Source: Neoechinorhynchus agilis
Taxonomy: Eukaryota; Animalia; Acanthocephala
Reading direction: 5' to 3'
NCBI GenBank assembly: GCA_051530055.1
Contig: CM121343.1
Location: forward strand, 7,380,044-7,444,043
Length of the DNA stretch: 64,000 nucleotides
In this document: piece by piece, positions 39,001-50,224 of the stretch
Layout of the letters: each line of letters opens with the position of its first letter
How positions within the stretch are numbered: the stretch's first letter is position 1
Program-made: the position numbers and the translations under genes
The notes under the pieces: generated by a model
What the model was told of the DNA's origin: nothing
Database searches by the model: none
The model's input: the letters and a program-made list of their open reading frames with translations, nothing else

Positions 39001-40600
39001 TCATGTTTTCAAAGGATTTCCATTAACACCGATCAGCATCATGTCTATCTTTGATACTCTGAATGAGCCATTTTTATCGGAATTAAATACTCGTGCTTCC
39101 CAGTAACCCCTCGGATCTTCGAACCAATTGAGAACCGACGTAAATGAATGATTCCTAAATCCGTATACTCTATCATCGTCAAGAGGCCGAATATCCAACA
39201 TTTCCACACTGTTATTGGTAGGAGACACAAGCACAATTCTTAGTTTGCCCCTTTGTCCAGGATTTGAAAAAAAAGGTTCGATGTTAACATTCAGAATTAC
39301 ATGTTCCAAACTGGTTATCGCAGACGAGGATGAATCGCAAGCATTCGTATAAACTCGGAAACGTTCCGTAGAATCACTTCGCAGCCAAGTATAGCCTGCT
39401 ATTCGAACTTTACAGGTATTAGATTTTGGCAGTTTACGGTCTTTCATCGAAATGGCGTTATCCACAAAAGATTTGGGATCAAGAATTCCAAACCCAAAAT
39501 ATTTACTTACCCAATAACCAGCTCCATTTTTCCACCATTGTTCATCCGTAGGCCAATAAGATGTCATGTTCTCATGCTTAACGGACGACATAACTACCAA
39601 ATACTGGATTTGTCTGTAGTCGAGATGAGGATTTGCTTCAAGTCCAAGTGCAATAATGGCCGCTACCATTGGAGCGACGGCTGATGTACCATCAAAATCT
39701 CGACACGTACCATTTAGACCCGCAGTTATTATCTGATTTGAAGAGCCATCGCTGGTATATCCAGTTGTCATGATGGTGGCACATTTTTCAGCGTAATATG
39801 GCGATGAATGGTTTCTTAGAATAGCAGCCACTGCAATCGCGTAATGGGAATTCACTCGTTCATTGACAGCACAATTATCCAAAAATTGACCACCATTACC
39901 AGAGGCAATAACAAAGGAAGATCCTAATCCATTACGCCCTAACCGGGCATTATTAGCTACTACCAGATTCTCATGTTTATAAACCTCAAAAACCGAACTA
40001 CCGTCATCAGGAGGGCCAATGGATACACTATAAATATCAATCATTGATTCTATTGCGCAGCATTGCATTATTTAGCGATATTAAGCTAAGGAATATAAGC
40101 CCAAGAAAGATTATGCATCGCTGCTCTTCTAAGCCATATATTCCTTCGTAAGGTACATTTGTTTCGAAAAAAAGATCAAATGATTGATGTATGTTTAAGC
40201 TGATGATTTTGGAATCATAGGCTATACCCACGCCGCAAATATTGTTGTCCGGCTTCCCAGCTATAATTCCGGCACAGCCATTGCCATGATCAGTAAAAAC
40301 GCTCGAGTTGGGCAGTGTCGCTAAGACGCGATCGTTTAAATCAGGATGATTTTGTTCGATACCAAAATCCATTATACCCACAACAACACCTTTTCCAGTG
40401 TAACCCTCGTTCCAAACCCTTTCGATATTATATGCTGATCGGTGAAGATACCAGCTATCGGGCCATTTCTCGTCGGTAATCGGCGATAATGTTGTTGATG
40501 CTGATAATGAATAATTGCTCGAATGCGCACATAAATTTTCGTTTTTCGGAAGATTATAGGCAATGGGCACGGAGAAAAGGAACAGCAAGACTGTTAACAT
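39001..40600 (-). CDS. Kexin/furin-family proprotein convertase (S8B) with P domain, no TM
   Basis: Catalytic D (IMDFGI), H (DHGNGCAG), oxyanion N (ASGNGG), S (GTSAVAP); GPPDDG; FGFGILD; P domain. One interruption at ~40069-40153. Confidence 0.88.
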
Positions 40601-40607
40601 AACTTAA

Positions 40608-40915
40608 CCGTTATTTGAGTAGCCGTCAACTAATGTAGAAATGTCTTATGACTTGGCTATGCGCATTTTTTATTTGGTGGTTGAAACCGTTATTCGAGTA
40701 GTCGTCAACTAATGTAGAAATGTCTTACGACTTGACTATGAGCATTTTTTTATTTGGTGGTTGAAACCGTTATTTGAGTAGCCGTCAACTAATGTAGAAA
40801 TGTCTTACGACTTGACTATGAGCATTTTTTTATTTGGTGGTTGAAACCGTTATTTGAGTAGCCGTCAACTAATGTAGAAATGTCTTATGACTTGGCCATG
40901 CGCAATTTTATATTT
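40608..40915. repeat. Tandem repeat, ~80-bp unit x4, immediately upstream of the convertase ATG
   Basis: ccgttatt at 40608, 40687, 40767 and 40847. Confidence 0.9.
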
Positions 40916-41699
40916 GATAGCTAAAAAGTTAGTTTCGAGTCGTTTTCGCTTAGGACTTACCTTCTCACAGTTTTATATTTGGTGATTAGGAACCACATCG
41001 CATTTGTTTTTTATCTACATGATTTAGCTATCGGGTGGGATACTTACCAATAAATTGGTTCAGAGGATATATTCTGTTTTTGAACAGAGCCTTCTTCATC
41101 CTTAGAAAGAGAATAGAGTCGCTTGATTATGCATGTTCATGCTATCCTGGTTCGAGAACTAAAGATCATTTTATTGAATGATCCGATCTCTCGACGTCGA
41201 CCTCTCGCTTGTTGCCGGCCTCTCTCTCGTCGTCAACCGTTATCCTCCAGGTCCGTTCTCCACTAAGGTTGGATCCGCAATCAAATTCGGGTCCGCTCTC
41301 CACTACGGCCAGATCCGCCATCCACATCCGGATCCGTCATCCACTCCAAATTCCAGATCCATCATCAACTCCAAAGTAGACAATCACACTAATTTATCCT
41401 GTCAGTACTCGAGTGTTCATTAGTTCAGGTGTTCATGAGGAGCCAGAGGTACATGGTTCCTCTTCTTTAACAAAATAAAACGTGTTATTATGTTTTCAGA
41501 CATGAAATCATTCACACCACCGCTCTGATTCACTTAGCTGCCGTCCGGGTGTAACGGTCGAAAGGACGGATGCAGCGTTCACTCGTTTCACAGCCAGAAT
41601 TATGTTTTGTAGGAGGAATACTCCTGATCTCCGATCGCCAGTTATCCGTCTCAATCTCTTAGACCATTGCTTGACCAGTTATGCGCCTCGGTACCAAAC

Positions 41700-42230
41700 G
41701 ACCCGAGTGTCTCGACGCCAAAGGAAACGAAATAATGATTTCGACTCAGGTCCCTGTATTTGGTCTTTTTGTGGTCCTCAGCGGCGGTTTCTGCTATCCG
41801 TGGTTTAATGATGGTGAATTTTAGGTCGCTGGCTGCGAATGGCGTCCCAGAGAATGCATTTTCCTTCTCGCCACAGGAATACTGTTACACCGTCAGGTCT
41901 ACGGCCATCAAGTCGGCAAACATTGCTCGGCTCTAAGATGTTGGGCGCATTCAAAATATTCAGGGCACAACCAAGAATTGCGTTCACTTGGGTGTGGCCG
42001 ACAGACGAGACCATAGCGTCCCGACGGATCCACAGTCGCTCCGCAACGGCGGCGATGGGATGTGCACATCGATACCTAAAGTCTCAGGGACACTGCAGTC
42101 CTTAATGTCTCGTCGGAGAGATAGTTACCCACAGAAGCGAATGCGGCAGCGTTGAGCTAAGCACCCGATACTCTTGTGGAGACTGCCGCCAATCGAATTC
42201 GTTTCACCAGGTCACGAAAATCTGAAATTA
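41700..42230 (-). mobile_element. CRE-clade non-LTR relic (restriction-like endonuclease domain)
   Basis: HTQVNAILGCAL...EPSNVCRLDGRRPDGVTVFLWREGKCILWDA. Confidence 0.7.
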
Positions 42231-42458
42231 AAGAGTTATGAATTCTCGTTACCAGTTATGAGTCAAAAACTAATTGTTTGCAAATCTCCACAAAAAAGAT
42301 TAAGCGCCTCCACGAAATCTTAATACAGCCTGCTCCTAAGGCTAAACAGTGAGCAAGTGAATTTTTGCGATAGCGAACTGAATCCGGGCGTTTTGTCGTT
42401 TAATAAAAAGACATTCAATTTCTTTTTCGTTTCCATCACAATCATTCCTCAGAATCAA

Positions 42459-43207
42459 TCAGCATTCCCCGGTGCAAGTTATATGCTTATAATCCGGAAA
42501 AAACTCCTTCAATATCCTGACAGTGGCATTATGATCTGCCTTTCCGAACGCCTTGAAAAGCGACTAGATTTGTTTACTGTAAATGTAAAACATAATCGAA
42601 ACCTGTGAATAACCGAACACCTTTATATCCTTCATCTGACTATCATGAGAAATTTTTCCTCCCCCCAGGACTCTGAATCTTATGTCTTCGAGTTTTTCCT
42701 TGATGTCCTCCGTAATGTCATCGAAAATTTGAGCTTTTTATGGTAGATACGTGAGAAAGCGGTGGTGCTCACTAACTTACTGTGAAACTCATGTTTGGCA
42801 CTGCCCCGCACGATACATTTGCTGTCGTTTCGGCTATTGAGTAGCTCTATCAACCGAGAGCTCTATGCATATAGATTTGAAATTGGAATGTAACACTAAT
42901 TTTCATATTCAGTGGTTTATGCGTCCAAAATATTAATACGAGTTGATCGAAAACAAAGCTTGGCAAAAAATAATTCTATTTTCGCAGAAAAGTGCTGCAC
43001 TAAATTATAAATTTCTCAATTGTAAAACCTTTCTAAAATTGTGTTCATTTGGGAAAAGATTAAAATTGCCGATTATGAGCACTCAGCAATTACAAGAATG
43101 TACTTAAAAGTGCCATTTGCGTCGATTTCAACTGGTGAAATGACTGAGTAATACTCTTCAGTCCCATGTCGTTGTCGGCCTGCGTCTTCGCTGATATCAA
43201 CAGACAT
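42459..43207 (-). CDS. PHPT1: 14-kDa phosphohistidine phosphatase (Janus/Ocnus family); exons 43207-43091, 42847-42781, 42733-42603, 42551-42459
   Basis: VEIDANGTFKYIL, KCIVRG, LGGGKISHD, VFGYSQAFGKADH, FPDY. First junction ambiguous (see findings). Confidence 0.9.
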
Positions 43208-43260
43208 CTAGAAAATAGGAAAAGTTTAACCAAGATTGGTTAACAACGAAACGAGAACCA

Positions 43261-43650
43261 CTATATTCCTTGAAATTCAGCCAGGATCCTCGTTGTCAGA
43301 TCAGCGAGCTTTTGAGCGTGGATCGCAAGCTTTCGCATTGAAGAAACTTGATTCGGATCGGGCTTAAACTCAGCTAATAAACGACCCAGGTCTGTTCTTC
43401 CGGCTACCTCACGTCAGATCCGAGTTACGTGTACATTAAAACAGCTATGAATCACGCAAGTGCCTTCGTCACAAATCGCCGTCACCTCCCGCACCATTTC
43501 ATTCCGTACCGCTTGCTGTGTCGCTGCTATGACGGTTTCTGGGCGCTTGTATTCGTCGCACAGATCATTAACGATGGCTGCCTTTATACTCACGATGTCG
43601 TCACGCACAGAGTCTGGCGATGCACTCGCATGCATGCTTCTGAAATGCAT
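43261..43650 (-). CDS. Small uncharacterised helical protein (~120 aa), probably 2 exons
   Basis: ORF from 43650 resumes in the same frame after one TGA; a 27-nt GT-AG intron (43434-43408) removes it. Confidence 0.5.
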
Positions 43651-43895
43651 TTTAGCGTGGCGTGACGTCGCTGACGGGAGAATGCGCGTACGTGAGCGTC
43701 TGAAGCTGTGCTCTTACGTCACACAGAATTAAGACACGAAAAATGCGTGCAACCGATCGCTCGTTTACAGCAAAAACAAAAATGGATTAGAGTTGTTGTC
43801 GTTAGAGCAAACCCTCTCAGCCATAATATGTCGTTGTAAAGGTAAACAATCATTTTAGGCGCTCACAATGCACTCGCTCGTTTTCGCTTTTCTAA

Positions 43896-45470
43896 TCAGC
43901 ACATGAATTTCATCGACATGCGTGACTCGAGATCGATTCGGCTTAAGGTCTGACGAAATTCATCGAATGTTATAGCACGGTCCCCATCCTGATCCAGCTC
44001 GCTGATTGTTTGACTAGCTATGTTGTCAACTATTGACTCCTCAATGTTGCCGCCGACCTTTAGATGTTAGTTTTATTGCTAGAAAGATATGCATTAAACT
44101 CAAACTAACCATCATTTTGAGGATATCAACCAATTCCTTCTTGTCGATCTTTTCGTCGTGATTGCGGTCATATAACTGAACATGGCGAGCTGTCAAAATG
44201 AGAAGTAGTTTAATACTCACGTTGAAAAGAAATCGAAGCTTATTTTCTTTTGAACAAATCGCGGATGCATTCGTTATATCGCTCCGGCCGCCTACTTTGC
44301 TGCGGCGTGTCGAACGAAATGTTGCGAGAATATGCACGAACTCCTTAAAATTAATTGATTGTTCGTCGTGGCTTGATCCGTAGTCCTCGACCATAACCTC
44401 AGCGAGACGTTCTCCAAGTGGATTTATATTGACTTCAGGTATCGATAACAGATCTTCCTTCGACAAAAGTCCTCGATCACGTTTATCGAGGTGCTTAAAT
44501 CGTTGAAACAATCGATTTATCTGACGAGTGCTAAACCCTTTATAAAAAGGTTCAGTCGTGTGGATAACGTAAATTTCATTGGACCTCTGCTCGGCGCCAA
44601 TGCTGTCCAAAAGTCTTTGCAGATTACAAAATGGGGCGAACAATTTGCCGTGAATGAGTACGGGGACCATTTGTTGCTGCGGTGTAGGACCCGGCCAATC
44701 AATTGTCAAGGAGACCGAGACGAATCATAGATGATCCTAGGACAGAAACATTCCTCTTGCATACGACGCATGTTTTTTGAACTCTTTTTGTCATCATAAA
44801 AAATCAATTGAATCAAAAAAGTTAAATATGTATAAATAATCATAAAAATAAGGCTTTTTATCTAAAGTTGATTAGCTTGGCGACAGTCTCCACATAAATA
44901 TCGATCGAGAAATTGATGATTATAATACGTGAAGAAGTAATCTGAACAGATTGCTAAATTAATTGAAATGCGACGAAAAGTTACAATGGTTAAAACGGAG
45001 TGAGACGGACAACACTGAATGAGTGATGTTAAATTTATTATGATTGCTCTCACGTACATTTTAAATTTGCCAAAGTTAATGCTTAATTTTAGCTGGTTTG
45101 AAAAGCCGAACATCGAACAAATGTGGAAAAGATTTGTGGGCTTGCGACACTTTTTTAACTTAAAATTGGAGTTAGAAGACCCAATGTCTTTTTAAGGGAA
45201 AAAAACACTCAGTGATATTAAGCTACGTTACAACCAATCCGGTTTAATAAGCATTTTGTTGAATTTGCAAAAAAAGAGAACGCATTATGAACGTTGTGAT
45301 GAAGATTATTACAAATCTCGATAGTTGCTAAGACAAAGATTAATTGAACAAAAGAGATGGAATGTACTCATTAGTTCTAAGCGGTAGAATAAGGGGCACG
45401 AACCTGTTTCTTTGCACAAATCATTAACTTCCGACTCATCGAGTAGTACGCCCGAGTTGGCGGTTCCCAT
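43896..45470 (-). CDS. CHP1: Calcineurin B homologous protein (EF-hand); exons 45470-45404, 44537-44221, 44175-44110, 44057-43896
   Basis: MG start, CKETGFS, INPLGERL, LYDRNHDEKID, MSMKF. Three GT-AG introns give an intact frame. Confidence 0.92.
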
Positions 45471-45702
45471 ATAGCAGCGGAATGGTTGATATCTACAAGG
45501 GTTAGGAGTGTGTGACGTCACGTTTTAAGTGAGTTTTTCCCAAAGCTAAAGAGAGTATTTATCACACGTGTGTTTGTGGAGTACTCGTAGTAAGCATGAC
45601 TCCGGCGACAAATGCGGTCGGAGGTTGTTGACGCCCTGCTGAGCCAAGGAGGAGGAGGGCACGACACAACTTGGAAAGCGGAACCGCGAACATAATCATA
45701 GT

Positions 45703-48011
45703 TTATAAAACACAGGAAAAACGATTCGAATAAAGACGCAGATCGTACTGAAGATCCGTTTTAGTCGCCATTACGTTTCTCTCGTTTGCAAATACATTTA
45801 AATCCTGCCTCGCACATTGTATTTTATTCCCATCATTTTCGGCACCCGCATCTACGTTATTGACGGAGGACGGAGTCTGTGCGGTTGCAAGTGCATCATC
45901 ATCATCATCATCATCATCATCATTCACCGTCGTCCGGACGCTGTTTACGGCAATCATAAACGCATTAAGCCATTTTTTGATAAGATAATCACTATATTTC
46001 TGCGATCTAAAATCATGGTCCGTAAATGATTCGGATACAAACTTAACACTGAGCCGTTCAAATTGACTAGTAGCCAATGGAAAGAATACGGACGACTTTA
46101 CTCCATCGATTTTTCGAATTGCAACTAGTGCACTGAACTTGCCACGTGAGTCCCGGCACAGTCCAATGGGATTCTGGTAGCATTTGGACGCACCGAAACA
46201 TATCGGAAGATATATTCCACTCACAGATTGTTCACGTGGCGATTCGCACACACAGTCATCATAGACGATAACAGGACGTTTTAGTATGTGGCAAATTGTA
46301 AACAAATAAAGGCTTGAGTGTTCAGTTGCAGATACAACCGTTGGAGAAATTATGGCGCGTATGGCACGGTCCCAACATTTTCTACGATGAGATTCATCAG
46401 CATTCATGTATGAGTGTTGTGCCCATCTTGAATGGAGAATTCCCGGCGCGAATTCCAGGGCTTCGACTACCATGAGACGTAGACGATCGTTCCAATCACA
46501 TAGGCCGATAAGAGACTGCATTAAGACATTAAATTTCAGGCCTTAAAGGAAAAAAGTATTTTTATCCATCTTAAAAACTATAAATTTGATGGAAAGAATG
46601 TGAATGTTGAGACATCTCAAGGAAAAATAAATGCAACGAATCTTTTCCAAAAAAAAATTAAATAGAAGGCATACAAGAATTGTACAAAAAATGTGAATAA
46701 TTTAAAAATAAAGGTGTCTGCGAATCTTTAAAAATTAATTGCCGCCATTGACAACCCAGAAATATATTTCCGCAAATTAACGAACAAATACGCACAGAAA
46801 ACTATAGCACGAAAATATATCATTTGAATGTATAATTCAAGCATTGTCATAAACTTCACAGATATCGCATAAGTGTTCATATCTATTTGCCAAAAAGGTC
46901 ATCCTATCACTAAACTTTAGGTGATTTGTTCCTACGTGCCTACATAACAATCATTTTCCCTAACAGATATTTGGGATAAATTTTTGTCGCTGAATGTTGT
47001 CTAGTACGACTACAATATTTTGTGAATAAATGTGAATGTGAAAGAGAATTAATCATACATCAAAACTGCCATGAAAGTTAAAGTGAGTACTGCGTCAAAC
47101 AAACCATCACCGATTTCTCTATTCTTCATTTGTACTAAAACCGCATCAGGGGAATGCGAATGGTCGCACTTGACTATTGCATTCAACAGTAAATCATCAT
47201 CCAGTATTTCGTAATCTATGGAAAAAGTCAAGCATTTGGACAACTTAGGGAAAAAATCATGGCCTCGTTGGATATACCTCTCAAATCCCTGATGGACATT
47301 ATACCATGAAAGGCAATACTTATGAGCCAGACAGTGCTCGATTTGAGTTTTTCGTAAGAGGATATCCATTTCTTTTCCCACATTTACCTGCCTAGCCAAC
47401 ATGCGAAGACCGAACCCGGTCCACAGCTCGTTTCCGATAAGTTTAGATTCAGCATGGCTAAGCAATCTATATTGATTGTTACCGTTTTCCAAATATAATC
47501 TTGCAGGTCTTAAGTCATGCATCGTAAGTAAGTCAATGCATACATTCATCCAAACTTCATCCGAGGATAATTGAAGGCCGGAATCGCTCCTGGCTACAAG
47601 TTTAGGTTTCGCCAAATGACACATAAGGCACCGGGTCGACCGTGGCCAGTTACAGTATGTACATTGACTACATCGCCACTTATTAAGAACAGTATCATTC
47701 GTATCTCCTTCTTCTTTAGGTGGACATCCACACTCAGCCTGCTCATTCCTGGACGGTGGTCGTCTAATGTGAGAACTAAACGCTTTTGATGAACTAAGAC
47801 ACATTACACATTTCGAAGAACATAAGTGATTAAGATATGTACATTGTAAGCATTTCCATTTCTGTATCGATTGTGGCATAGCGGATTTCATAGCGTCACA
47901 CTTTCCGTCCTGATCAACACAACACATTGCGCATCGCTTTGTACCGGCATAGTTTTCGTATGTACAAATAAAGCACGTCCATTTGGGAGCCTGAGGTTCC
48001 TTATCCGACAT
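45703..48011 (-). CDS. ZRANB1: TRABID/ZRANB1-like protein (3 NZF fingers plus OTU domain), catalytic residues substituted
   Basis: Three W-x-C-x2-C-T-Y-x-N...C-x2-C fingers; OTU motifs GDGLFDAV, LKRPVIVY, GIYLP, GKFSALVA. Confidence 0.85.
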
Positions 48012-50224
48012 GGGATCGAAATCTGAAAAGGAATCTATGCTGCGAAGGTTTATGCACCAATCGATAGTTTTAGATGTTAATGGCTTTTAAATCATTCTCT
48101 CCAGAGTTTCTCTAGCACTTGCCAGAATGTTTACGGCCATTAGGTAAACTTCAAAATATCAAATGAACTTATGTAACCTCTCTTTCATCATAAAGACCTT
48201 ACAGCGTTTTGTCACTGCAAAATATGCCTATCATCTATCAAAATTGTTTCAAACATATTCTCACAATTTAACAATTTTTCATCTAAATAAGCATGCAAAA
48301 TGCAGAATTTACGTAATAAAAATTATAATTAATTATTCCTGAATTTGCTATTTATGATTTCATGACATTTATAATAGTTAATTGAAATTACTATGAGGAT
48401 TTACTAATTGTACGCAACAAAGATATTCAATTAAGAACAACAATTTTTTGACCGAAAATACGAATTTTAAGAGCTTGAGGAATAAAATTGACGAGATATT
48501 CATCCCATGATCACCTCCATCCACTAGAAATATATTTCGCCTTTCAGCTAAAAATTGCCGAATAAAAACAAATGAAAATTTTTGTCAAAAGTTCATAGAA
48601 CACATTTTATAAGGTTCTGCATTCCTTTGAAAAGTTCAAAAAAGGACAGATAGATATCGTATTAGATTAAAATACGAATAATAATTTCGAGGCCTTAAAG
48701 AAACGGTTAAACATGGCTAGCTTTAACAACCGTGAATTAAATCCGGAGGGTTGCTGTTCTAAAAGCAATGCCTAATCCACAATTAAGTCTACGTCCAGTG
48801 GACGGGCACCGTTGATAAAGGAGTGCATTTTTCTTTAGCCTCCGTCAAACTGAGTACTGAAATGCTTTGAAAGTCCAACATACCATTATGCGGTACATTT
48901 GTATATTTTTTTAGTAAAAAAATAGATAAAAACAAACGAATAAACCGTAAAAAATACCATCATCGAGAAATTAGACTGCGCCTTATTCGGAAAAACTATT
49001 AGACGTTAAGCCTGAAGATAGTTGAAGTACAAGCTTATAAGGAGAATAATCGTGGTAATCATTTCGAAGCGAAACTTTCAAAATTCATTAAGAGTTGTTA
49101 CACTTTTCGGACGTGAAAGTCGGTATTCAAATATGAACGAGTTACAAAAAACGACTCCTGGGACTGAACGTTTCGGCGGTTAATAGTCGATAATTGTAAA
49201 AAATATCTTGAACTAAATCGACTAATGCATTTCTCAAAAACAAAAAGACCAGTCAGCTCCGTGACTTCGGGAGGAGCATTCGACTATACACAAATGGATG
49301 CGCTTTTGAACTACAGTCGATTCCGGTTAATCAGACCAGCGATCGTCTTGGTCCTAATAACTGATTGGTCCGATTACACGAACATGACCTTTGCTGTAAG
49401 CCGAGATAATTTCGGTTTGTTGGAATTTGATCCAATTAACCGGTGATTTGACTATCGGCAATCATAAGAAGCCTCTATAGTCTCAATTGAATATTGGAGA
49501 CGGGTACTTACGAGGAGTTAAATATAAGGATAAATTGGCGCACCTGCTGAAAAGAAGCACCTTAGACGGGAAAATCCAAAAGTTGTAATTTCGATATTAT
49601 AGTCCGACGGCAGCCATTTTCGGTCGTCAGCCATTCGAATTAAACCCAACAACCACCAGTATCTTCAGAAATGATAAAAAGCATGCAGTTAAACGTGTTG
49701 TAAATGATCCATTATCTTCTATATTCTATCAATTGCACGAAAGAAAACATTTTGCGTAATTTACCATCTAAACGAATCCAAAATTAGGATTATTGTTCAG
49801 GTTGAGGATCGCATCCGAGTGGCGAGATATGTAACTGTTTAGGTCGCTTGTCGACACCTGAGGGAGATCGCGTTAAAGACGAAGGTCTTCACTCCCGATA
49901 AATAGGTTCGAAACGTCTTTAATAGAAAAATATTTATCGGATGAAGACTTCTAAACAATAATCACATAACCCGATACCTCAAATATTAACGCGAATCCAT
50001 AATTGTGGACTGGGTACCAACGTAACGATCAAACTACGAGTATTTCTACATATTCGGAATGCGAATAATTGGTTGTTTTCTGGTGTAGAAATTAAAATGA
50101 TTTTATTTTTAAAATCCGATATTTCCGAGGCACAATCTTGTGCCTTTATCAAGGTTCCTTGTAAGCTTATAAATGTGTGAGTTGGTGTGTCAAGCTTACA
50201 AGCAACTTTGATAAATTCACAACA

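Noticed and set aside
49860-49960. GAAACGTC motif suggesting a Penelope-type hammerhead
   Set aside because: No CUGANGA core upstream; also true for the GAAACGTT motif near 49160.
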